The notes under the pieces: model-generated
Seen by the model: only the letters and a program-made list of their open reading frames with translations
Told to the model about the DNA's origin: nothing
The model's database searches: none
NCBI GenBank assembly: GCA_026415035.1
Contig: JAOAHX010000022.1
Location: 23,026 to 55,025 of the forward strand
From: Thermodesulfobacteriota bacterium
GTDB lineage: Bacteria; Desulfobacterota; BSN033; UBA1163
Direction: 5' to 3'
Length of the DNA: 32,000 nt
Made by a program: the position numbers and the translations under genes
Shown here: piece by piece, positions 9,073 through 18,101 of the stretch
How the letters are laid out: every line of letters starts with the position of its first letter
Position numbering within the stretch: position 1 is the first letter of the stretch

Positions 9073-9963
9073 TCAGATCAACGTCCCTTCCGTCCAACCT
9101 AATTTGACGATGTCGATGCGGCCAAGATCGCTGACGCCGAGGCGATACTTCTCGTCGGCGGCGAAGATATGGGTGGGCGGTGTTTCGAGGGGTTTATCCT
9201 CTTTGAAGTAGGCGATCCGCTGGAGCTGGAGCAATCGCGCCCCCACGGCGTCGAGGGCCACCGGGTCCTTTCCGAGGAGAAGGCCCTTGTAGTCGGAGAC
9301 GAATCTCGGGTCAAAGTGGTGGGGGCCACGATTATAGAACTGGGTTCGGAGGAGGCTGAGGATGTTGAGCCTCGTTTTTCCCCTGACGATCGGTTTGTTC
9401 CAAATCGAGGCCAGTGGGGAACAGGCCTCTCCATGGTAGAGCCATGGCGTCGGGACGAACATCACGTAATTCTTGATACAGCCCCCGATGCCTGACCAAT
9501 GGTGGGTCCTCAAGGGGCGGACATTGATCAAGGCGGTGGAGGATTTGAAAATGGGATTGTTCAAAACCCCCCGGTCGTCGATCGCGATATTTTTCCGCGA
9601 AACGCCCGCATCCATCACCCTCCTGACGATGGCCTCTTCGAGCTCCGGAGGGGTGGGAAGATAAGGCCAGACATTGCTCTTGACGCCCACGATGTCATGG
9701 GGTTTGATCAGCCTCTTCCAGGCCTGAACGGGATCGGTCTCCTCTAAAAGGGCACAGACGCCTTCATCCAGCATCCTCTGCACGACCTTTGCGTTGAGGT
9801 GGCCCTGAGGGTCGATGGCGTTCTCGTCACGGACGAGAACCACTTTGACCCTGTCCCCTCCCTCCGATCCTCCCGTGAGCGAGGAACCTATGGCCGCACC
9901 CAACGTGGCATAGGCCGTGCTTCGGAGGAAATCCCTCCGGGTGATGATCTTGCGGAATGTCAT
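9073..9963 (-). CDS. DUF362 domain-containing protein with twin-arginine-like signal
   Basis: ITRRDFLRSTAYATLGAAIG Tat-like leader; conserved DUF362-like text (VGVKSNVWPYLPTPPELEEAIVRRVMDAGV, KDPVALDAVGARLL). Start set to internal Met at 9963, overlapping the upstream stop. Confidence 0.75.
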   Translation of the reverse strand: MTFRKIITRRDFLRSTAYATLGAAIGSSLTGGSEGGDRVKVVLVRDENAIDPQGHLNAKVVQRMLDEGVCALLEETDPVQAWKRLIKPHDIVGVKSNVWPYLPTPPELEEAIVRRVMDAGVSRKNIAIDDRGVLNNPIFKSSTALINVRPLRTHHWSGIGGCIKNYVMFVPTPWLYHGEACSPLASIWNKPIVRGKTRLNILSLLRTQFYNRGPHHFDPRFVSDYKGLLLGKDPVALDAVGARLLQLQRIAYFKEDKPLETPPTHIFAADEKYRLGVSDLGRIDIVKLGWTEGTLI

Positions 9964-10907
9964 GGGCGACCTCGTTTCAAGCGGTTCTGAGCCGATTCGA
10001 TCAGGGTTTCGGCCTTTTCTTGCGAAGGTGCGTCGAAGACGATAAGGAGATACCTCTCCGTTAATGTGGCGGAGGTCCATTTTCCATTTTCCGTTTTTAC
10101 GGTTTGGGTGGGCGGGGCCTCAGGCATATAGGCCTTCATAAACCTCTTCAGAGCGTTTTCCGCCTGCCTCCGTCCGGGATACTGGATCAGGAGAAGGAAG
10201 GCCCTGTCTTTCTCGCCCCCCAGGAGATAGGGGGCCAGGACCGCAGGGGTTTTCTCTCCTAAACCCAAAAGGTTTTCGTGAGCGAGGAAGTAGTGATGGT
10301 TGAGAATCTGGGGATGGCGAAAGTAACGGATGGCATTTTTCGTCAGCCCTCCTTCGGGGAGGTATTGGATCAATGTCGGAAGCGTCCCCTCCTCCTTGAT
10401 CTTTTTTGCGATGGCCCTGCCGATCTTCAGGAGTTCGACCTTGGTGGTGGCGGTCTCCTTCTCAGCAAAGAGGGAGACGAAATACCTTCCTTTCCAGAAC
10501 CTGAGAAGGCCGCCTCCGTAATCTGACCCCTGACCAATTCCCACCTCTTCTTCCGGCGTCTGGTAGGAAAAGATCCCGAAGGCATCTTCGGAGGCGCCCA
10601 TATCGTAGAGCTCCACCACGATGGCGGGGTGGCCCTCTTTGACATATTTTCGGACCATCAGGAGGCTAAAGGCGTAGGCACGGTAAAGCTCGGCTGCACC
10701 GTCCATATATTTGAAGGCGGTCTGGCGGTCGTAAAACTCCTCCTTTCCCTCCGCCTTATAGTCCTCCAGCTGGGAGGGGAGCAATCTCCTCATCTCCCCC
10801 CTCCTCCCCTCTTTCTCGGCTGAAAAGGCGAAAGGTTGGGCGGTCATGAAGGTCCCCCAAATCAGAAGGAAAGAGGCCAGGGGAAGGATCCGGTCAGGTT
10901 TCACCAT
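9960..10907 (-). CDS. Exported hypothetical protein (DUF6599-like)
   Basis: 315-aa ORF with signal peptide (ILPLASFLLIWGTFMTAQPFAFSA); ATGA overlap with the downstream DUF362 gene. Confidence 0.7.
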   Translation of the reverse strand: MVKPDRILPLASFLLIWGTFMTAQPFAFSAEKEGRRGEMRRLLPSQLEDYKAEGKEEFYDRQTAFKYMDGAAELYRAYAFSLLMVRKYVKEGHPAIVVELYDMGASEDAFGIFSYQTPEEEVGIGQGSDYGGGLLRFWKGRYFVSLFAEKETATTKVELLKIGRAIAKKIKEEGTLPTLIQYLPEGGLTKNAIRYFRHPQILNHHYFLAHENLLGLGEKTPAVLAPYLLGGEKDRAFLLLIQYPGRRQAENALKRFMKAYMPEAPPTQTVKTENGKWTSATLTERYLLIVFDAPSQEKAETLIESAQNRLKRGRP

Positions 10908-11667
10908 TTTGCCCCACAGGACACGATTTAAAGCAGTTGAAACAGAAGTATTGAAAGCCGATGAAGCCGGCCTGATAGAGACGCCAGAAGTGGACGTCCT
11001 TGATCATCCTCTTCTGGTCTTCGATCGGGCTTTCGGCGAATTTCGTCCAGAAGCGGATGGCGCTGCCGATGCCATAGGGCTGACTGTTTTTAAGGCACTT
11101 CATGTCGTCGGTTTTACCCTCTTCGTCGAGGGCTCCGACGGGACAACTCGTGACGCAGAGGTGGCAGCCCGTGCAGAGCGTTTCCGTGACCGGAGGATCC
11201 GAGGGCAGATCGAGGTTGGTGAGAACGGCGGTGAAAAGGACCCGGGATCCGAGCCTGGGATGGATGACGAGGTTATGCCTGCCGAGATGGCCCAATCCGG
11301 CTGCAATCGCGGCATGGCGCAGGGAGACATCGCCGATGGTTCCCTTGGTTTCGTCACTCATGTAGAGGGGGTAAGAAGGGGGAACGGTCATGGCCTTGGC
11401 CTTCAGCTCTTTTTCTAAGAAGCGGGCCAGACGATAATTGGTGGATCGGGCAAACTCGATCTCGTCGAGCCGACCGCCCATGGCGATCTGCATATTGCCG
11501 CTCTCACAATTGGAGAGGGCCTTGTGGGCGAGGACCACGATCGATCGGACCCCTGGAAAGATCGATTGAATGTCGGGAGACCTGGGGCTCCTATAGTCCC
11601 TGACGGATGCGATGCCGACATCGTCCACCCCCAGCCCCAAGAGGAAGGCTTTGATCTTCTCTTTCAT
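10894..11667 (-). CDS. 4Fe-4S ferredoxin-type protein, epoxyqueuosine reductase (QueG)-like
   Basis: CTGCHLCVTSCPVGAL and CFNCFKSCPVG clusters, GLGHLGRHNLVIHPRLGSRV segment. Start taken at MKEKIKAFLLGLGVDDVG. Confidence 0.75.
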   Translation of the reverse strand: MKEKIKAFLLGLGVDDVGIASVRDYRSPRSPDIQSIFPGVRSIVVLAHKALSNCESGNMQIAMGGRLDEIEFARSTNYRLARFLEKELKAKAMTVPPSYPLYMSDETKGTIGDVSLRHAAIAAGLGHLGRHNLVIHPRLGSRVLFTAVLTNLDLPSDPPVTETLCTGCHLCVTSCPVGALDEEGKTDDMKCLKNSQPYGIGSAIRFWTKFAESPIEDQKRMIKDVHFWRLYQAGFIGFQYFCFNCFKSCPVGQNGET

Positions 11668-11746
11668 GGAGAGCCTCCTGATTTCAGCCTGCCCTTCTCT
11701 TCCATTATAGGGGAAAACCCCCATGGAAAGCAAAAGGCCCCTCGCA

Positions 11747-13030
11747 CTAATGGAGACCAAAGAGGTCAGGAAGCCAGAGGGAGAGGCCGGGGAGGTAGGT
11801 GATGATTAAAAGGGCAACGATCAGGGCAGCCACAAAGGGAAGGGCGGCCCGGGAGATGCGCTCCATCGAGATCTCGGCCAGATTGGCGGCCACATAGAGA
11901 TTTAAGGCCACCGGCGGTGTCACGGTGCCGATGGAGAGGTTGACGGCCATCATCACGCCAAACCACATCGGGTCCCACCCGAAATGCCTGATCACCGGCA
12001 GGAGAATGGGGAGGAAGACATAGAAGATGGAGATGGCATCCATGATCATCCCCGCGATCAGGAGCAGGAGGTTTAAGAGCAAGAGGAGGGCGATGGGATT
12101 CTGCGAGAAGGAGAGCAGGGCCTTGGCGGCTCGATCCATGACGCCGAGGGTGGAGCCCGTCCAGGCGAAGAGCCCGGCGAAGGCGACCACGATCATGACC
12201 ACGGAGGTGGCCACCGCAGCATCCCTCAGCACCTCGTAAAGGATCTTCATCTTCAGATTTCGATAAATGAAGATCCCGACCACGAGGCCATAAAAGACGG
12301 CGACGACGGCCGCCTCCGTCGGCGTGAAGATGCCCCCGTAAATCCCCCCCAGGATGATCACGGGAGCGAGCAGACCGAAGATCGCCTCCTTGAAGGCCTT
12401 CCTTATTTCGGATTTGGTTCCCCATCGCTCTCCGCCCCATCCCTTTCTTTTCGAGATGAGGTAGACCGGGATGACCAGGGCCAGCCCCATGATGAGCCCA
12501 GGGACGACCCCTGCGGCGAAGAGGCCGCTTATGGACGTTTCCGTGATCACCCCATAGACCACGAAGGCGACACTGGGCGGGATGAGGACGTCGGTCGTGG
12601 CCGCGGAGGCGACGAGGGCCGATGCAAACCCCTTGTCGTAACCCCGTTTCACCATGGCCGGGATCATGACCGCGCCGATGGCCGCCGTATCCGCAGGGCC
12701 GGTCCCAGAGATGGCTCCGAAGAAGACGCAGCCCGCCACCGCCACCAACCCCAGGCCTCCCGGAATCGGGCCGATGAGAAGGTTCAGAAGGTTGACCAAC
12801 CGCCTCGAGAGCCCAACCCGGTCCATGAGGAATCCGGCAAGGATGAAGAAGGGGATGGCCAGGAGCGGAAATTTGGCGATGTTGGCGAAGAAGTTCGTCG
12901 AGATGACCATGATGCCCAGATGGTACTGATAGAGGAAGACGATCGCCGTGATCCCGACGCTGATGGCAATCGGAACCCCGAGGAAAAGGAGGAGGAAGAA
13001 GAGCCCGAAGAAGAGGATTCCCGGTTCCAT
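11747..13030 (-). CDS. dctM: TRAP transporter large permease subunit (DctM-like)
   Basis: MEPGILFFGLFFLLLFLGVPIAISVG start, AISGTGPADTAAIGAVMIPAM, GIFTPTEAAVVAVFYGL; starts in an overlap with the DctQ gene stop. The longer 582-aa ORF start is not credible. Confidence 0.93.
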   Translation of the reverse strand: MEPGILFFGLFFLLLFLGVPIAISVGITAIVFLYQYHLGIMVISTNFFANIAKFPLLAIPFFILAGFLMDRVGLSRRLVNLLNLLIGPIPGGLGLVAVAGCVFFGAISGTGPADTAAIGAVMIPAMVKRGYDKGFASALVASAATTDVLIPPSVAFVVYGVITETSISGLFAAGVVPGLIMGLALVIPVYLISKRKGWGGERWGTKSEIRKAFKEAIFGLLAPVIILGGIYGGIFTPTEAAVVAVFYGLVVGIFIYRNLKMKILYEVLRDAAVATSVVMIVVAFAGLFAWTGSTLGVMDRAAKALLSFSQNPIALLLLLNLLLLIAGMIMDAISIFYVFLPILLPVIRHFGWDPMWFGVMMAVNLSIGTVTPPVALNLYVAANLAEISMERISRAALPFVAALIVALLIITYLPGLSLWLPDLFGLH

Positions 13031-13572
13031 CAGGTTTTTCCAGCTCTTTGACAGGCCAGGTAGGCGCCTTGAAAGATTCGAAAGATAACCAGGAGGCTCC
13101 AGATCGGCATCCCGATGGTGTACCACCATTGGGGGACCCCGATGCCGCTCGAGGTAATTTTCAAGGCCACCTCTTCTTTGATCTGGAGGATCGAGAAGTA
13201 AATCAGAAGGGCGAAGAGGATCGCTCCTAAAAGGGCACTGATCCAGAGAAGGAGTTTCCGGGCCTTGAGGGGAAGCCGGTCCGTGAGAAAGGTGAAACTG
13301 AGATGGGTCCCCTGACGGAAGGCGATGGCTGACCCCAGGAGCGTGACCCAGACGAAGAGGCTGACGACCAGCTCCTCGGTGAAGGCGAGGGAAAATTTTA
13401 GCAGGTAGCGAGAGACGATGTTGACGAACAGGATGAGGCCCATGAGGCCAAAGAGGAAGACACAGAGGACTTCTTCCAGATGGGAGGCCAGCCACTTCCC
13501 TCTTTTGAGCATCATGATTCGACCCCGACTTGCCCCCTCTCGACCCGAGATCGGAACGAAATCCTTTCCCAA
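13030..13572 (-). CDS. dctQ: TRAP transporter small permease subunit (DctQ-like)
   Basis: FTEELVVSLFVWVTLLGSAIAFRQGTHLSFTFL; four TM-like segments; between DctM and DctP. Confidence 0.88.
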   Translation of the reverse strand: MGKDFVPISGREGASRGRIMMLKRGKWLASHLEEVLCVFLFGLMGLILFVNIVSRYLLKFSLAFTEELVVSLFVWVTLLGSAIAFRQGTHLSFTFLTDRLPLKARKLLLWISALLGAILFALLIYFSILQIKEEVALKITSSGIGVPQWWYTIGMPIWSLLVIFRIFQGAYLACQRAGKT

Positions 13573-13599
13573 GGCCAGAGGGGGCCGGAAGGGATTGGA

Positions 13600-14640
13600 T
13601 TATTTGACGCCTTTGATCACCTTATCCGCCGCACTGACCAAATCGGCCCCGATCTCCGGTACCCACTTATCATAGACCGATTTGGTCTTGGCCTTGAAGA
13701 CTTCCATGTCCTTTGCCGTGAAGACGACGACCTCCATGCCTTTCCCTTTCAGAAGGTCAATGGCCTCCGTGCTGCCCTCCAGGCCTTTTCTCGCCTCCTT
13801 GAGATTCCAGGCGGCGGCCTCCTGGGCGGCTTTGGCGATCATCTCCCGATCCTTCGGGTCGAAGCCCTCCCAGGTGGCTTTGCTCACCCCGAAGATCAGG
13901 GGGTCGATCGTGTAGTGCCAGATGGTGATATGTTTGTTCATCTCCCACAATTTGTACGGGATGATGATGGAGACGACGGGGTTCTCTTGGCCATCGACCG
14001 TCCCCTGCTGGAGCGCGGTCAGGGCCTCGGACCAGTTGATCGAGACGGGATTTCCTCCCATGGCCCTGAAGGTGTCGACGAAGATCGGGGAACCCACCAC
14101 GCGGATTTTCAGCCCTTCCAGGTCTTCCGGTTTACGAACGGGCCGTTTGGAGTTGGTCAACTCCCTGTACCCATTTTCTCCCCAGGCGAGGCCGACCACC
14201 CCCCGTTCCTCGATGATCTTGAAGAGTTTCTTGCCGGGTTCCCCTGCCTTGACCGCATCGAGATGTTTGTAGTCGGGGAAGAAGAAGGGAAGGGAGAAGA
14301 GGTTGAGCTCTTTGACGGCTGGCGACCAGTTGATGGTGGAGCCGACGGCAAAATCGGCCACTCCCTGCCGGAGGATGAGGAATTCGTTGGTCTGCATCCC
14401 CGCAAAGAGCTGCCCGGCGAAGTAGCATTTGATATTGATTTTCCCTCCGGAACGCTCCTTGACCAAATCGGCGAATTTCTGTGCCGCCTGGCCCCAAGGC
14501 GTTTGGGGTCCGATGACGAGGCTCAACTTGTATTCCGGTTTGTACATGGTGGCCCCGGTTTCGCCGATCCCGAACAGGACAAGACCAAAGACGACGGTAG
14601 CGAAAAGCATCTTTCTAAACATCTTTGACCTCCTCTTCAA
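13600..14640 (-). CDS. dctP: TRAP transporter substrate-binding protein (DctP-like)
   Basis: Signal peptide, TPWGQAAQKFADLVKERSGGKINIK, RPVRKPEDLEGLKIRVVGSPIFVDTFRAMGGNPVSINWSEALTALQQGTVDGQENPV. Confidence 0.95.
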   Translation of the reverse strand: MKRRSKMFRKMLFATVVFGLVLFGIGETGATMYKPEYKLSLVIGPQTPWGQAAQKFADLVKERSGGKINIKCYFAGQLFAGMQTNEFLILRQGVADFAVGSTINWSPAVKELNLFSLPFFFPDYKHLDAVKAGEPGKKLFKIIEERGVVGLAWGENGYRELTNSKRPVRKPEDLEGLKIRVVGSPIFVDTFRAMGGNPVSINWSEALTALQQGTVDGQENPVVSIIIPYKLWEMNKHITIWHYTIDPLIFGVSKATWEGFDPKDREMIAKAAQEAAAWNLKEARKGLEGSTEAIDLLKGKGMEVVVFTAKDMEVFKAKTKSVYDKWVPEIGADLVSAADKVIKGVK

Positions 14641-14713
14641 AGTTTCCCTTTCCCTAAGGGTGAAAATTTTTTAACAAATCCTTTCCGTTTTGACAAGGAA
14701 GGGTTGGACGCTC

Positions 14714-15133
14714 TTAGAACTCCTCGAAAAATGGGTGTACGAAGTCGAAGAAGGTCTGTCCGAAGGGCTTGCCTTGGAAGCCATCTACCGCAAGGGAGAG
14801 GAGAAACCCGAGGGCCACCAGGGTCAAAAAGGCGAAGAGGAGGAGGTCGTGATAGTGGTAGAAACGGCCGATCCTCTGGGCTGCCTGATGGAAGGGGGTC
14901 TTTTCGGGCTCCGAATCCCTTCCTGGCTTGGAGTAGTAGGGCGTGTCCACCCCGGAAAAGAGGAGGAGCAGCCTCGAGCCGACATAAAAGGCAAACGTCA
15001 GGAATCCGACGGAAAGGGCCGCCCCGGAGGGGGCCCCGAGGAGCCGGACGAGCCCATAGGCCAGCAGGCCATAGAGCCCCCCTCCGATGATCCCCAACGA
15101 TATCCTGACCGTCAACGCATTGAAGAAGCCCAT
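14714..15133 (-). CDS. Hypothetical membrane protein
   Basis: 139 aa with about four hydrophobic segments, in the gap between the CoA-synthetase-like gene and the TRAP genes. Confidence 0.6.
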   Translation of the reverse strand: MGFFNALTVRISLGIIGGGLYGLLAYGLVRLLGAPSGAALSVGFLTFAFYVGSRLLLLFSGVDTPYYSKPGRDSEPEKTPFHQAAQRIGRFYHYHDLLLFAFLTLVALGFLLSLAVDGFQGKPFGQTFFDFVHPFFEEF

Positions 15134-15137
15134 GAGG

Positions 15138-16526
15138 TCAACGATTCAATCTTCGGTATCTCACAAGGTTCGAAAGGGCCTTGGCCGCCCGCTCCGGTGT
15201 GGGATAGTTGGGCATCCCCGCTGCCTCAAGGCGTCCGATCTCTTCGTCCCAGATCCCCTCCGGGGCCGACATACAGCAGAGGATCGGTTTGTCGATCTCC
15301 ATCCGGACCAGGGCGTCGGCCAGGGTCCCTACGGCCGAGCGGTTGGCCGAAGCGAACATGATGCAGAAGAGGAGGGCGTCGATTCGCTCGTCCTTTAAGA
15401 CGGCCTCCACCGTTCCGCGAATGGCCTCGGAATCGTACCAGGCGGGTCCCATGTCTACGGGGTTGGTGCGTATGGCCAGAGGGGGCAGAAGGCGGTTGAT
15501 CTTCTCCTGGGTGGTGGGGGAGAAGGGGGGGACAAGCAGTCCCTCCCGCTCACACACGTCGCAAGCGGCCATTCCAGGCCCGGCCTGTCCCGAAAGGACC
15601 GCCACCCGGTTTCCTTTTGGGAGATGAGCGAGGGCCAGGGCCTTCGCCGCATCGAGAAGTTCCTCCGAGCTGTTGACGGTGAGGATACCGGATTGCTTGA
15701 AGGCCGCCTCGTAGATTTCATGCCTGCCGGCGAGGGACCCTGTATGGAACTGGGAGGCCTTGTCTCCGGTCGAGGAACGGCCTGTTTTGTAGGCGACGAT
15801 CGGTTTTCCGGCTGCTCCTGCCTTGGCCGCCTCGAGCAATCGTCTCGGCTGGTCCAGTCCTTCGAGATAAAGGGCCATCACTCCGGTATGGGGGTCCCGA
15901 TCGAGATAGTCCACCATGTCCCAGAAATCGACATTACAACGGTTCCCAAGCCCCACGATCTTGCTCAATCCAACGGAGTGGCGCATCGTTAAGAAACCGA
16001 AGAGGTGGGACATCCCGCCGCTCTGGCTCACAAAGGCGATGTTTCCTCTTCTGACCCTCGAGAATTCGGGGGTGAAGGTGGCGTTCAGGGGGAGGTGGAG
16101 ATTGACGATGCCGAAGGTATTGGGGCCAATGATCTTTATTCCAGACCGGTTGGCCAGTTCGGTGATCTCCCGTTGCAACAGTTCGCCCCTTCGGTCCTCG
16201 ATCTCCTTGAACCCCGCCGTGATGAGGACGACGCCCCTCACCCCCTTTTCGCGGCAGACCTGAAGGGTCTTGGGCACCTGTTCGGCCGGAAGAACGATGA
16301 TGGCGAGTTCCACCCTGTCAGGAATCTCGAGAAGGGAAGGGGAGGTCCGAATCCCGAAGATCTCGGCCTTTCCCGGGTTGACCGGATAGATCCGGCCGGG
16401 ATAATTCCCCTCGGTCAAGCTCCTCATCACATGGGATCCGAGCTTGTTTGGGTTATCCGAGGCGCCGATAACCGCCACCGCCTCGGGTTCGAAGATGGCG
16501 TGAAGTGCCTCTCGGTCTTGGCTCAT
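15138..16526 (-). CDS. ADP-forming acyl-CoA synthetase alpha-subunit-like protein (CoA-binding / succinyl-CoA ligase-like)
   Basis: 462 aa from MSQDREALHAIFEPEAVAVIGASDNPNKLG; NIAFVSQSGGM; FHTGSLAG. Start chosen inside the 660-aa ORF because the upstream extension is non-native. Confidence 0.85.
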   Translation of the reverse strand: MSQDREALHAIFEPEAVAVIGASDNPNKLGSHVMRSLTEGNYPGRIYPVNPGKAEIFGIRTSPSLLEIPDRVELAIIVLPAEQVPKTLQVCREKGVRGVVLITAGFKEIEDRRGELLQREITELANRSGIKIIGPNTFGIVNLHLPLNATFTPEFSRVRRGNIAFVSQSGGMSHLFGFLTMRHSVGLSKIVGLGNRCNVDFWDMVDYLDRDPHTGVMALYLEGLDQPRRLLEAAKAGAAGKPIVAYKTGRSSTGDKASQFHTGSLAGRHEIYEAAFKQSGILTVNSSEELLDAAKALALAHLPKGNRVAVLSGQAGPGMAACDVCEREGLLVPPFSPTTQEKINRLLPPLAIRTNPVDMGPAWYDSEAIRGTVEAVLKDERIDALLFCIMFASANRSAVGTLADALVRMEIDKPILCCMSAPEGIWDEEIGRLEAAGMPNYPTPERAAKALSNLVRYRRLNR

Positions 16527-16733
16527 GGCTCTTCCTTTCCGGTTCCCTCGGGTCTTTCGCTCCTTTGAATCCCCTTTCGAGGAAGGCCCTCCGAGGTCCT
16601 CTCCGTCCGACCCTGGAGGGTAAGGGGTTCTGGGTAAACTTGAATATACACTGTTTTTGAAATGGAGGGAAGCCCCTCCTTTGTTGTAGAATGTAGGCAG
16701 GAAGCGTATTCGGATCCCTATCGAAGGTGAAGG

Positions 16734-18098
16734 ATGGATCGGCCTGCCTTCCTTGCGTTGCTCCTTCTGCTCATCCTCTCCTCGATCCACGGGACGACCG
16801 AGGCCCTGGGCGGAGGCCATCCCTGTTGTCCTGAAGATCGGGAGCTTTCTTATCTCCTCCATCCCAAACCCACCCAGAGCTATTCCTACCTGGTCCGGTA
16901 CGAAACCTTTTTCTCCACGGTGTTGGGGAAGGAGAAGGGGTTTTTCGTCATCCTTCCCATCGATTTTTACCAAAATCCCAAAATGCGGTATCCCCACCTT
17001 TATCTTCTTCACGGGTACAATTTCCATCGGAGGGGATGGCGTTGGAAAGCCAAATCTCCCGAAGAGGTGCGGAAGCATCTCTGCGAAGCCAAGGAGGAGG
17101 AATACCATTGGCTTCTCCATGAAGACATCGCGGTGATTGCCTATGCGATGATGGATTCAAAAAATCGGACCTATCGGGAGTTGCAACGTTCCCTGGAGGA
17201 TCGGTTTTATGAGCTTTCAATCCACGGGGGTCTCCTGAAGGAGGACTACCATCCGAGGGAGATTGCCCAATCCCTTGTCCTCCATAATCTCCACCCAGGG
17301 GGAAATTTGGATGACCCCTTCCAGCCTATCCTTAAGATGGTCCTCGTTCTGCCGGACGGAGACAACGGATTCTATACCGATGAAAACGAAGGAAGGAGGC
17401 TCTTTCCCGAAACAGAAAATCGAGGGCCCTGCGATGGGTTCCACCCGAGGGAGTCTTGGAACTATTCGCTCTTCCCTTTCCTTTGGATGCAACCGGGCGC
17501 CTTAGGGCAATACGAGACCTATTTCCTCGAACTGGTCAGACATTTGGAGACCCGATCCCCTTACAGAGAGAGGCTTCTGCCCGTCAGAGGGATCGGAGGG
17601 ATGTCGATGGGCGGGTTCGGGGCCATGAAATTGGGGCTGAAGTATCCCGACCTCTTCCATTCCATCAGCAGTCAGAGCGGGCTGCTGGACCTCGAGCTCC
17701 TCAGGAATCGATGGACCCTGAAGATGGTCCTCCCGGAATTTTTGGAGGTCTTCGGACGCCTCGACCCGAAGAGCCTCCCTCCGGGTTCTCGTCTCGACCT
17801 TTTTTACATCGCTTCCAACAATCCCCTCCGCCTGCTGGCAAAAAGGGGGATCAAGCGATTGCCCCCCTGGATCTATTTCGACTATGGAGAACAAGAGGGA
17901 TATCCTTGGATCGTCGAAGGGAACCGGAATTTCGAGAAGGCCTTGGCCGCGGCGAGCCGCCGGATCTCGGCCCAGGCTTTCAACGGAACTTCCCAGCATA
18001 ATTACCAGTTCTGGCGAAGCCGGGCAGGAAATATGCTGCGGCACCACTCGGAGGTTTTCCGGGGGCTCCTTTTAGGTCATTCCGTGTCTTCGCCCTGA
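16734..18098 (+). CDS. Exported alpha/beta-hydrolase (esterase D / S-formylglutathione hydrolase-like)
   Basis: N-terminal signal (FLALLLLLILSSIHG), YPHLYLLHGYN, GGMSMGGFGAMKLGLKYPDLFHSISSQSG nucleophile elbow. Confidence 0.8.
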   Translation: MDRPAFLALLLLLILSSIHGTTEALGGGHPCCPEDRELSYLLHPKPTQSYSYLVRYETFFSTVLGKEKGFFVILPIDFYQNPKMRYPHLYLLHGYNFHRRGWRWKAKSPEEVRKHLCEAKEEEYHWLLHEDIAVIAYAMMDSKNRTYRELQRSLEDRFYELSIHGGLLKEDYHPREIAQSLVLHNLHPGGNLDDPFQPILKMVLVLPDGDNGFYTDENEGRRLFPETENRGPCDGFHPRESWNYSLFPFLWMQPGALGQYETYFLELVRHLETRSPYRERLLPVRGIGGMSMGGFGAMKLGLKYPDLFHSISSQSGLLDLELLRNRWTLKMVLPEFLEVFGRLDPKSLPPGSRLDLFYIASNNPLRLLAKRGIKRLPPWIYFDYGEQEGYPWIVEGNRNFEKALAAASRRISAQAFNGTSQHNYQFWRSRAGNMLRHHSEVFRGLLLGHSVSSP

Positions 18099-18101
18099 GG
18101 A

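Noticed and set aside
13480-14628. 382-aa plus-strand ORF opposite the DctP gene
   Set aside because: Antisense to a clear TRAP DctP gene with signal peptide; translation shows no recognisable domain.
16527-17120. N-terminal extension of the CoA-synthetase-like ORF (15138..17120) and similar extension of the DctM ORF to 13495
   Set aside because: The extensions lie antisense or out of phase with neighbouring real genes; family-typical starts are at 16526 and 13030.
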